Notes under the pieces: model-generated
What the model saw: only the letters and a program-made list of their open reading frames with translations
Told to the model about the DNA's origin: nothing
Databases searched by the model: none
Part shown: in pieces, positions 1 to 12,300 of the stretch
Layout: the number at the start of each line of letters is the position of its first letter
Numbering within the stretch: the first letter of the stretch is position 1
DNA from: Azolla caroliniana
Taxonomy: Eukaryota; Plantae; Polypodiophyta
DNA length: 64,000 nt
Assembly: GCA_043228905.1 (NCBI GenBank)
Contig: JBHGNT010000014.1
Span: forward strand, 19,778,001 to 19,842,000
Reading direction: 5' to 3'
Program-made: the position numbers and the translations under genes

Positions 1-892
1 CCCTTGGCTAGTGGTGAAATGAAATTTTCAATAAATGAAGGATACTAGTGATGTTGGCTGAGTTTATTGGAGATTTATTCCATAGAAAGTTGGTGAACCA
101 TTACATGTTTAGTCTTCCTTCTCCTTCGATGTACTATCAATAATAAAGCAATGTTGCAATCGAGTGTTGCTTTGTTGATGTAGCCACAAGAGTGAAAGAA
201 GTTATTTGGTGTCAATGCTTGGTTTGCCAATTGGGAGTAACATTAAATAAGAAATTAGCTTTTTGCAACAATCAAAGTTCCATACATTTGACCAAAATTC
301 TACCGAGAACAAGCCAAGCACATTGAAATTAGGTTATACTTCACCAAAGATATTTTGGCACACATTTTTATTACAATTGAGAAAATCTCCTTTGCACATA
401 AACCATAGAGGAATTTTCTTATTGCTCACTAAATGTGGATGTGGGCTTATCGCCAAACCAAATCAAATACTTTTATCCTTATTTTGTCAAAACATTATTT
501 TATCATCGCCACACCTTTTAATGATGGCTATGTCACAAGCATATTTTTTGTTCCATTGACTATGGATGTTGTTTTCAACCCATCTAGGCCTCCATGACAA
601 GAGTTTCTTGTTGTTCTTTTTAGTGGGTACTTTATCGATTTAATTCATCAACGTCGTAATGGTTGTGGATACTTAATGCATTCCTTTTGCATACCCACCA
701 CATGAAATATGTTTTTTTATCATGGTAGTTATCATCTTTAAATCCTTTTTCAACATTTGTCAATTAAAGTGGCAAATGTTTTGTCATGTAGTGCTACAAT
801 ATATTTATCCTAAGATAGATAGGTGGGAGATTTAAATTGTGCATTTGATGTTATGTGTTTCATGTTTGTAATGTGTGATACAGATCACTTTA

Positions 893-932
<40 letters not shown>

Positions 933-1908
933 TTGGTACCATGAGTTCTTAAAATTTGATCATTTGCCAAGGAACACCCAATGTGTTGGTGTGTCCATGT
1001 CGACAAACATGCATGGCATTGGCTTTCTGACACTTTAGAGTATACCCAAGAGCACACTACCACATCAAATGATCACCTATTGCAGATGGAACCGTTAATA
1101 TATTGGAGGACAAGTAATGGCCTTTCCATCACCGCAACATACCAATACCTCAACAAAAGTTTCAAATGATCACTTCTTTGCGAGGACATTAATGGCACAG
1201 AAGTTCTAGGTATCAACGAAGAAGATGAAGAATGAAAGACATTAATAGCTATGGTTTCATGAATCTTGAATGAACCTTCTTCATCACGTTTCACAATACC
1301 ACTTTGCTTCCAGAGCAATGCAAAAGGTAAGCAAACAAAAGAGTGTCTTCAGTATTTACCACAATCACTTCCTTTTTGTTTTCTTGGGATGGTGAAATAT
1401 TATGCATTGCTCTAGAGATATTTTCCCTCTCTCCTTCCCATGTGATGCATTGTGTCATGCGTTCTTGGTCGAGGATTTAGTCATTTACTAATGGAGAGAG
1501 GTGTGAGGATATAATAGAATGAACATTTGCTTGTTATCTACATTAAAAGTCTGTCAGCAGTTAGCAATACAACCCTCTGTGCCAATTGCAATGCTAAATT
1601 CTACCCAATTAATCATGTGGCGAGTCCAGCTGTGGAAGTTTGGCTCTTCCATTTGGGTCTAGAAAGATGGTATCAATATGGTGGGAGGGGATATTGCTGA
1701 TAAGAAAGTGTAATATTACATCAAAATGTGCTTTTAGGGTTGAAGACAAGTTGTGTAGGTAATATCATCTTGTACTAGATGCTGGTGATGGTGGAGCCAT
1801 ACTAGAGCTGTAAATTGGTCTCGTACCAGGCTGATCCAGACCATCCATGGTTAGTTGATACACTGCTGGCCATGCATAAAGAGCTTGGAGTATACCTAAT
1901 TTGATGCC

Positions 1909-4772
1909 TCATCCAAGGACAATTGGTTCACAACCAACAACGCCGATATGATCGATTATCTGAACCTGCCGGCATAGATTGGAGAGCGTTTCAACGATGC
2001 CTCTCGTGTTGGGTCTATCTGCACTGTCCGGTTGTAGACAACGGAAGGCGAGCTCCACCAAGTTTTTAACTGCGGGATTCTTGTGAGGATCCAAAATGTT
2101 CTCCTCTAACAGTGAAAAGCAACCACCAGGATTGGCGCCCGTTGCAGACGCAGAATGCAAGGCAGTATAGGTATGCTTTTTAGGATTTGAAGCTTCTAAA
2201 CCAGAAGTTTCAGCAGTCTCTATTGTTTCGTGATGTGAAACCTCGGAGCAATATTGGATTTGGGCTGGTTCTGAAGAATTGCAGTGATAACTCGATTGCC
2301 AACACGAATGATCCAAAAGCTCATGCCATGTGCCATCAGCAACTTTGCTGAGAGCCAAGTTTGAGAGGTTCATATCCTTCCTTGACTTGGCACAGATGTC
2401 CACGGCTTGTCTCCCTGTGAGGAGTTCCATCAACACTACCCCGAAGCTATAGACATCGCTCTTATCAGTCAACCGATTGCAAGTGTAGTATTCGGGATCA
2501 ATATAGCCAGGTGTGCCCTGCGGTGTTGTTGAGACGTGTGTGGCTTGATGAGGAACAAATCTTGAAATCCCAAAATCGGCCAGTTTTGCATGGAAATCAC
2601 CATCCAGTAAGATGTTGCTCGTCTTCACATCGCGATGAAAAATGGGCGGAGATGCAAAGTTATGGAGATAACACAGAGCTTCTGCCGTCTCCCATGCTAT
2701 CCGAAGTCTTATTTTCCAGCACTTTATAGGATTATTGCCCACTAAAAGCGTGTCCGATTCATGAAGCTGATCGAAGAGGCTTCCCCTGGCCGCAAACTCG
2801 AACACTAGAAGAAGGTCTCTCTCATCTTGACAGCAAAATCCATAAAATTTCACTAGGTTTGGATGGTTTAATTGAGATAGGATGTGGATTTCATTGCAGA
2901 ATTGATCCAATCTTTGAAAATTTTCATAGAAGAGCTTCTTGATGGCAACTTTCCGTCCGTCTTTGAGTGTGCCGACATAGACAGCTCCAAAGCCACCATC
3001 ACCGACCATATTATCATATGCAAAGGAATGTGTGGCCTCCATGAGTTCTTTATACGAGAACTCATGTACCAAAACATTCCTGTCATTTTCAGATGAAAAT
3101 AGGCTCCGTAGCTTATCTAACAACTTCCCTCTGGAGTTATTTGCATGGAATTTGATCATCGAATCCCTTTTCCTTCGGAATCGCTTATAAACTATGCACG
3201 CTGTGAGAATGGCTGCAATTGTTGCTGCAACAGAGATACCCAGCACAGATATAATAATCACTTTCTCTTTCCTACTCATGCTGCCTGTGTGCAGACAAAA
3301 TACCAGTGAGAGGCTGAACAAAGCAATAGATGACTACGGTTTCTTGAATCCCTAATTCAATACATCACCTTGCAGACATGGTAAACTCCTCTAAAATCAA
3401 ACGCATTCAGTGTGATGTTCGAAAACACCTGTTGTTTTTTTATCTTCTGTACAAAACAGCCTTTGTTTCCCATTCAACCTGTGGATACTACCCCGGGGTG
3501 TGTGTGTGTCTGTGCATTGCAGGAATAAAAGACACCCTTTTCCTTGCATTAATCTGTATATATAGCCTTTGTTTCCTTGTAAGACTTACTGTATTCTACA
3601 AGACCTAAGGATACACAAACAGCCAGGCCTATGGCATGCATTCATTGTTGGCGAATGGGGAAAGGCATTCCATTTTGATATTGCATCACATGACAAGTTG
3701 AAAGGGCCTCTTCTTTAGCAGTCTTATGCATACACCCTTACCAATGGTACTATGGGATAAGACTCACAAACAATTTTTGAAAACAAGGCTTCGAAGACAT
3801 ACCATTTTCAGATAAGCAATTCATGCCGGTAGAGCCGAAGCAGCAGAAATTCAATCCATAATGCATATATCCGCAAGTCCCATCCCTGTTTTGGCACTTA
3901 ACACAGTATTGAGACCAAGGAAGATTGTTTTTGGCCCAACCCAATTCTACCACGTGCGGCCTCCATTGAGGTACTGGAAGAGAGGGGTTGTGAGTGACAA
4001 AGAACTGGAAATGAGTACACCCCGAAGAGTTCATTGTGTCCTTGAGCTTCAAACGAGCCCCAGGAGTATACTCAATGCATTGCAATGTATTGTTCAAACA
4101 ATCGCGGTGGAAAGAAACACATCTGGAGCTACCTGCATCAAGCGTGCTCGTAGATTTGATGTACTCCCAGTTTGAGCAGTTGAAAAGGAGGAAGATGGTA
4201 TTTTGTGAGACTTCCAAGGCGGAGAAGTCGATTGAATGCTTGAAATTGATCGAAAGGGGAAGGAGGCGGGATAGGTCTTTGAATTCGGAAATCGAACAAG
4301 AATTGGTACTGCTGCTACTATTTGTGATTTGATTGACATCCCAAGTGAGATTAATCTTAGCAGATGTGGTACTGCTGCTACTATTTGTGATTTGATTGAC
4401 ATCCCAAGTGAGATTAATCTTCGTAGATGAGTGGTTAACGCTCAAAACAAAGGGGGCTGTTTCAGTGTTCACGCTCTGAGTAGAATCGGAAATGTTCATC
4501 AGAGCATTCCATCGGGGGTATAACCCAAACCCATCAGGATTACTGCCACTGCAATTAGAGAGAAGGAACTTGGGAGAAGCTGCTCTGACACGTTCACTTG
4601 ATTCATTTCCTTCTTCGATGGCAAAAGGGTATGCAATATCTGCGGCTATGTCCTGGCAGGTTTGTGAATGAGCTATGGGGGGGTGATTACAGATCAAGCA
4701 GCACATCAGGAGCAAAGCTATGGAAGAGATGTGAGGCGAACCCAAGAAGCTCATCACCATCATCATCTTCAT
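1909..4772 (-). CDS. Receptor-like Ser/Thr kinase, WAK-like/LRK10L type; 2 exons (4772-3803, 3284-1909)
   Basis: Exon 1 encodes a signal peptide and Cys-rich ectodomain (C..IAYPF, C..C....G.CG...F.C.C, resembling GUB_WAK/WAK_assoc). A phase-1 GT-AG intron 3802-3285 joins ENG|SMSRK. Exon 2 encodes a TM helix and RD kinase (GDGGFGAVY, VAIKK, HRDVKTSN, DFG, GTPGYIDPEY, DVYSFGV). The exact start Met among MKMMMVM is uncertain. Confidence 0.92.
4304..4421 (-). repeat. In-frame 63-bp tandem duplication in RLK ectodomain
   Basis: KINLTWDVNQITNSSSST occurs twice, 21 codons apart, and the nucleotide copies are identical over about 55 bp. Confidence 0.95.
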
Positions 4773-7769
4773 CAGTTCTTCAGTGCTCCATAATCAGAGA
4801 CAAAAAAAAAAAAGAGGCCCAAGAACAGGGATTGATGGAACCCTCTGTGTTTTTTCTTCCTTTCTTCCTTTCTTTCTTTCTCTGTTGTGTTTTGTTAAGG
4901 CTAGGAACAGAGGGGTGGAGAGCTGACTTGGTCCTATAACCTCTAGGGAGGTGGGTTTGTTTGTTTTCTTTGTTTGATCATATTATGTACAATCACATAC
5001 CTACATATAAAAGTGTGGTTTGGATTGATTGGTCCTCTCCAATATGTGTTCACATACATACTTCTAGAGACTTTTGATTTGTGTGTGGAAATAAATGGCT
5101 CCGATCGATTGGATTGGTTGGTCGTCGGACCCACCCCGTGTTCCGTTATCCATTCATCGGTTCTTCCTGGCTGGCCTTGCCTGATCAGACATCACCAGAG
5201 AGTGTTCATCCATTCATTCATCGGGCTCTGCATCGGCACCCTTTTCGGGACTCTGCAACAGCTCCCCTGATCGGGACACACGTTTCGTCCCTCTTGCAAA
5301 AAGGCAACACTCGGAAAACTATCATATATAGATATGTCAGATTCTCTCTCGGTGATTGACAACACGTGCTTCCCCCATCCTGAATTGTGATAGGTTTCAA
5401 ATATCTTCGCGTTCCTAGTGTAATGACGGCACCCTTTTCACAACAAGTAATAACGATCAAGATGCACGGTCCTTCGAGTATCTTGACATTCGAAAGAACG
5501 AGGAAACCTCCCCCCCCAAAATCAGTAATAATGATTGAGGTGCATTAGTCTTCTAGTGTCTTGATGTTCAAGTGAATGAGAGCAACTTTTTCCTCTATAA
5601 ATAATAAAAGTTAGGGCCGACTCCAACTTGCAATTGTCTACGTTGACCTGATAATTTCCTTTTTTTAAGTCTTGTGTGAATGCATTTCTTATTTGAATAG
5701 CCATGCCGACGAATATATTTTTCTCTTGACCTTTATCCATGGTCCTAACATGCCACATTAACCCACAAAACTGAAACTTCATTAAAATGTAGTGATATAC
5801 ATTTTTATAGCTCGTAACAATAGTTGTGTACGGTTGATGGGTCCTTTTGTAGTTCAAGCAAAGGAACTAAATGGTAGATCACATTTCAAGGGTTTAGAGG
5901 TATTGGGTACTATAATCAATGAAAAGGAGATGGATCCTTTTGGAGTAACCTTATTAAACATACTACATCCTACTTTAGGATTTAATACCTTATGTATCTT
6001 GGTTTTCCCGTCATGAAAATGCATCTAGGCTAGAAATTTCGAAAAATAGGTTGGTATTGTGTTGGTCCACTAAAATTCAACAATTCTAGATATGAGAAAG
6101 GAATGAAAATAATATTGTCGGTCTCCCTCAATGATATCACATGTTTGCGCCTCTTGGACTTTGCAATGACAAATCAATCTTTTCTTTCCATGTGGGATTG
6201 TAGAGGGGATTGGATTGGTGTCGGCACGTATAATTGAAATAAATCTTTCCCTATTGTACAAATCACATAGATTCCAAGTAAACAAAAGTTAATCACATTT
6301 AAAATTAATATCATGACCAAGATTATAACAATAAATAAATGAACGTTGTTCTTAAAAACAAGGTTCGAAAACAAAAACTTTTCTAAATGAAAAACCCTTC
6401 AAAATATTCCGAAATTTTGGGTATTGCACTGCACACAATTGGAAAATAATTGAAGTGATAGCAACAAAGTAGTATTAACATTTTATCGTTTTTTGAAGTA
6501 AAGTGATACATCAATCCTTTTTAAAGACTTACTTTTCTTCGCAAATGAAAAAGCAATAAATATTGTGAAAAGTTTGAAACCCCTTGCATTATTAAGACTT
6601 ACAATACGAGCAAGTTAACAATTACACTTTTCCAAGACGTATTCTTGAGGAAACTTTATTTGCAGTGTGAAAGGGTAGGAATTTTACAACGAACTACTCA
6701 TGAAATCTCTTCTAACAAATGTTTACATGGCCATTTCGTTACCCATCAACATGCAACATAACTTATAAGTGCAATCATAGTATGAACCATAAGCACCATA
6801 CGTGCATTTGCATTCGTGAATGTTTCAATCATTTGTGTAAGAAAACACCCTCAAAGAATGATAAATACCATACTTTTGGTCCTTGGATTAACTATTTATT
6901 ATGAGGTAAATAAGCCTAAAAAATGGAAAAAAACAAAAAAAAAACACAAGAATGTTTGAATAACATTCACATTCGTTTTCCAACGTAGGAAAACGAATGT
7001 TATGCTAGACAAGCACAGATTGTACGTACTATGAGTGCAATCATGCATTAGGGAGAGGCAGGTGTTATGTCATTTGATTGGACCCATGCAAATTATATTC
7101 GTGCAGATTAATATAAACCCATGTGAGTAGAAACCTAATAGTCTCCTTAACAATCTCTTGATCACAAAACGAAAATAACTATTTGCTACAAAATTGGATC
7201 GTTATTTCATATGGCAAATTATACCGGCTATGTAAGTGCTAGAGCCACACAAAAAACATGGAATATATATGGCAACGTGTTGTTTTTTATGGTAAACGTG
7301 AGAGAATGTGAAGTTGAACTTGAGAATTGAAATTATCAAGAAAGTGCAAACCTAAGAAATACCATGTTTGGGATTTGAAACTCGTCGTGTTAGTCATGGC
7401 TTTTTGTAGCCGAGTTTAGATAAAACCCCTCGCGTGAGTCACATCCATTTGAAGCATTGAAAAACAGCAAGATTGTAGTTAGCCAATATGATAGATAAAT
7501 GACACTATGTTTGCTTATCATCATGTATATTTTTTTACTATGGCGAGTAATAACCGAGATATTAACAGTCTGTAAATAGATAGATAGATATTTTTAGCAT
7601 CCATAGAGAGGTCACTTTTGACCCATAAGACCTAAGTACAAAAGTTATGTTGATGTGTATCTCCTTCCTAAGAAGGGATATTCATACTTTGAAACACCAA
7701 GTCTAGATGTGTGAGTAAGGCATAAACATATGAGCTCAATCTGCTAGGTGTTCTCTCTAGCGTGACACT

Positions 7770-8510
7770 CGAGTCACCATCCCCTCTTAATATATCATCG
7801 TAGGTTTCACAAATTGCACTACATATACGCAGAGCACGTAAAAATCAAGTAATACTCATTCTTGGTTATTTGGTTGATTTTGATTCCATGATGCAACTTC
7901 ATAAGCCTAGGTTGTGTGATGAGTTTGAAGGAGTGTTACGGCTCTACGACAATTAATACACATTCATGATTGACATTTGCAATCAAATATTCTAAATTTG
8001 TCCTTTTAACATCTTTCCACTTCTTCCTTAGTGGGTCCATTAATCTTTCATCAATATCTCCATATCTTATAGCATCACATGAAAGCTCGAGGAGGTCTTC
8101 CACATCCTATCTTTTGAACCATTTTTTTATGTTGACTACTCAATCGAACGAGAGAGTTTTGCTCTTGTGATTCTTTTGTACTTTACATCCAACATTCCAA
8201 GCTAGACGTGGTAATCTATGATTTGGCATATTCTCCAGTTTTGTAATGTATCTATACACTCATTGTAGCGCCAATATCTCTATAGGTCAAACACTTGTTC
8301 CAAGAGCATAACTTGATAGGAGGAGGTGTATTTAACTCCTAATCATCTCATTAAAAACATATATTGAATCTTCTCAATCTCATTCCATGCATTGGGAGAG
8401 ACAAATGCCTCCCCACGCTTCTACTCTATAATGCAAAACTTGTGTTACCATGGTATTAAATAACATTACTTTCACTTCTCATCCATGAGCATCACTCTAG
8501 TTGCATTTAT
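7770..8510 (-). mobile_element. Degenerate non-LTR retrotransposon (RTE-like LINE) ORF remnant
   Basis: Minus-strand fragments VEVWGG..PNAWNEIEKIQ..LGVKYTSSYQVMLLE..YRYITKLENMPNHRLPRLAW resemble the post-RT region of LINE ORF2, with stops and frameshifts. Confidence 0.55.
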
Positions 8511-8804
8511 TTTTCAACTAGCTTGAAGTCTACACATTGAAGCATACTTTGCATTCACGGTAAGTGAGCACCATCATAAGAGGCGATAAACAACCATAAA
8601 TGACGGTGCGAAATCATCGAGTAGCTGGTCAACAAGGTGTTTGCTCGTCAAGGGGGGGGGGGGGGTTAACACCAAAGTATATGTTACTTGAGTTGGCTCT
8701 AGAAACGAGCACCATTATCAGCAGTCATTAGAGCAAGTTAACAACAGAGAAACACAGGACTATGGGCACCGCAAAATCATTGAATGGCTAGCGAGTGAAT
8801 GTAG

Positions 8805-8807
<3 letters not shown>

Positions 8808-8839
<32 letters not shown>

Positions 8840-8844
8840 GACAC

Positions 8845-8941
<97 letters not shown>

Positions 8942-8992
8942 AAGATAGATACACATACACATACACATACACAAAGACACATACACATACAT
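8808..8992. repeat. Compound (CA)n/(CATACA)n microsatellite upstream of RHD3
   Basis: Directly visible; it generates the low-complexity ORFs at 8760-9079. Confidence 0.97.
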
Positions 8993-9385
8993 GGAGAGAT
9001 GTTTATTTTGGTTTTGCTCACATTGTGCAAGCCATGTGTGGGCAGGACAAAAGGAAACTCATATAAATCAGTCCAATAGAAAATGGTTCAGATAAAGAAA
9101 TGGAAACAGAGTTTCTTGTTTTTAAAAAAGGAATCAATACATTCTCTGAAGGCCTCCTCTGTCTGCCTGCCTGCCTGTCTGTCTCTCACTGTCACTACTC
9201 TGCGTATATATTGATCTTCCTCCCCTCATTCGAGATCTCTCTTCTGTGATCGACTTGAGAGATCACCCAGAAAGAGAGAGACAGAGACAGAGACAGAGGA
9301 AAGATTCCTTTGATTGAGGGAGGGAGAATACACTCGTCAGATATTCCTCCTTGTCGTACTTGTTTTTGAGTGGATCAGATACAAT

Positions 9386-12300
9386 ATGGCTGGAGAGCGG
9401 TTACCTTCAGTTCAGTTGATCGATGGCCAGGGGAGGTTTAATGAACTTGATTTGGATTCTTTTGTGAAGTCCATCAGATTGTCAGAATGTGGTCTTTCTT
9501 ATGCAGTGGTATCAATCATGGGTCCACAAAGTAGTGGTAAGCTATAAATTTGTTGAGATGATTTGAGACTCTTGGTTTTGTTTTTATTATCTACTTTTGT
9601 ATTTTTCATGTTCTGTTTCCTATGTATGTTAGATCCTCATGGATTAATAAGCATTATATCATTTTTCATATACATGAATATGGATCGAATTATGTTTATG
9701 TACATGGACACATCTTGTGATGCCATAACATATGTAGACATCGTTTTATGCTCAGGTACATGGTTACGTATTGCACATTCTTTTTGCTCATCACATGCAT
9801 AGACACCATATCCCTCTGTACATGGATACATATTACACATCATGTTATGATCATCAGATACGTGGACAGTTATCGCACATCTTATTATGCTTATCGCATA
9901 CATTGAAATCATGTTAGGCTTATGCACATGGATGTATGTCGTTTATGGTCATGGAATACATAGACATCTTCTTATGCCTACGTATATAAATATACATTAT
10001 ATTATGCTTATGTATATATGTTACATAGACATCATATCATGTTTTATATGTACATGCATACACACTACGTTGTGCTTATGTACATGCTTACATGCCATAT
10101 TATGCCCATGTATATGCTTAAATGTCACATTATGCTCATGTATATTCTCACACATCATATTATGTTTATTTGTATGCTTATATATACTTAACTGTATATA
10201 TATATCAATTAGCTTTCTGTAACATTCTCTCGTTTTCTTATATAACAGGTAAGAGTACATTACTGAATCATTTATTTGGCACCAACTTTAGAGAAATGGA
10301 TGCCTTCAAAGGAAGGTCAGTTTTTCCATTCCACCTTGGTAAATTTTAGTTGTTGTGAGTATATAGACGGAACTTATGTTTGACCAGACTCCGTTGATTT
10401 CACAATATTTTGGATGTTCTAGACTAGTGATGAGTTATTTTGATTTTTATTCATAAACTAGGAGCCAAACCACACAAGGAATTTGGCTATCAAGAGCAAA
10501 GGGCATTCAACCATTGACATTGATAATGGACCTGGAAGGTACAGATGGACGTGAGAGAGGAGAGGTAAAGTTTTTAAATGTTTATGAAATAATGCCTACT
10601 CATGCATAATCTATGATAATTATAATTGCCTGACTCGGGAAAAAGCACGATGAGGAATATCTGGGGTTGTTGAAAGTTTTACTCTAATAGACAATGTTTT
10701 GTAACGTGTAGGATGAGACAACATTTGAAAAACAAAGTTCGCTTTTTGCTCTGGCGGTGTCCGACATTGTCCTCATAAACATGTACATAATTATCCATTG
10801 CTCACACTGGATGCTGTAACTAGTTGTTTTTTCCCCCCGAGCATTATCGTTCAAATTTTGAAGTTAAAACATTATGCAGGTGGTGCCATGATATCGGTCG
10901 TGAACAAGCAGCTAACAAACCACTTCTTAAGACTGTGTTTCAGGCGAGTTCATTTCTGCTTTAGAGGGAAAGACAAAAAATTCTATATACTGTGATTTTA
11001 AGGTTTATATTCCTCAACACACATGTTCAAAACTAACATAAAAGACACTAATACATTTGCCTCCTTACTCTTGCATATGGTAGATATTTGACAGAATAAA
11101 TGTCATATTTTTTATGTGCGTTTTTCTTTACATATAGGTGATGATGCGACTATTTACTTCTCGCAAATCAACTTTATTATTTGTAATCCGTGATAAGACC
11201 AAAGTATGTATACGCTTTTTCCTTTTTACATCTCCTTATGTTAAATTTATGAAAAATCTTATCCTATTTTATTATCTGAACCAGACTCCTCTAGATGTAT
11301 TAGAGCGTATACTGCGAGAGGATGTACAAAAAGTAAGGCTTCATGAGGTCACCCTCTATGGTCGATCAAAAAGTTCTAACTTTCAGATGGCACTAAATAA
11401 TTAAATTATTAATGCAGATTTGGGATTCAGTTCCCAAACCCACCAAGCATAAGACCACTCCTATTAGCGAATTCTTCATTGTAAGAGTGCTATATACTAT
11501 ATATGCTCCAAAACCCATTTGCAATTAATCAAATATGAAATTTGTGTTTGAATTGTATCTTTTTATGCTGTCAGGTTGAAGTTACTGCATTGGCTAGTTA
11601 TGAAGAAAAGGAAGAACAATTTTTAGACCAGGCAATCTTTGCTTTTCTTTTTGTATTCTGCATATATTTTCTCTGAAAACCAACTTCCTCATTGTATATC
11701 AGGCTAAAAAATCTTCTCTATGTATGTTTGAATGCATTAGGTTTCAGAGCTTCGTCAGCGCTTCATAAACTCAATTGCTCCAGGAGGTCTTGCTGGAGAT
11801 AGAAGGGCTGTTGTACCTGGGTCAGGTTTCCCTTTCAGTACACATGAAATATGGAAAATAATCAAGGAGAATAAAGATCTCGATTTGCCAACTCATAAGG
11901 TTCCTCATTTTCTACCCTTGAAGATGTGTATTCTCTGTATATGTGTTTGTAATGTACATATGGATATAGATATACACATGGTGGTATTTGTCTTTCTTAA
12001 CATGTATGTATGCATATTGGGTCTATGCATTAGTATGCTTGTGTTTTCAAACGTGTAATTTTCTTCCCTATGTATGGATAGATTATGGTTGCAACAGTGC
12101 ATTGTGAAGAGATAGCAAATGAAAACTGAAGGAACTGACTGAAAATGATCGTTTTCTACCTTTGAACTTTTGTGCTTTTTGTGTATAAAAAACTGAAAGG
12201 AACTGCTGAAAATGATCATTTTTTGTAATTTTACATATCAATATAGATACAAATACAATGGTATTTGTCTTTCTCTATGTGTATGTTTGCATACTGGATC

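Noticed and set aside
1-1330. Short ORFs and a donor-like AG|GTAAGC at about 1327
   Set aside because: No recognisable domain and in-frame stops; possibly TE debris but unassignable
5522-6400. Minus-strand ORFs with a WHVR motif reminiscent of MULE transposase
   Set aside because: A single short motif with no TIR or TSD found
8760-9079. Poly-CM/VY/TY/HT ORFs
   Set aside because: Translation artefacts of a microsatellite
9563-10260. Several Cys/His/Met-rich ORFs
   Set aside because: They lie in RHD3 intron 1, in degenerate purine-pyrimidine repeat sequence
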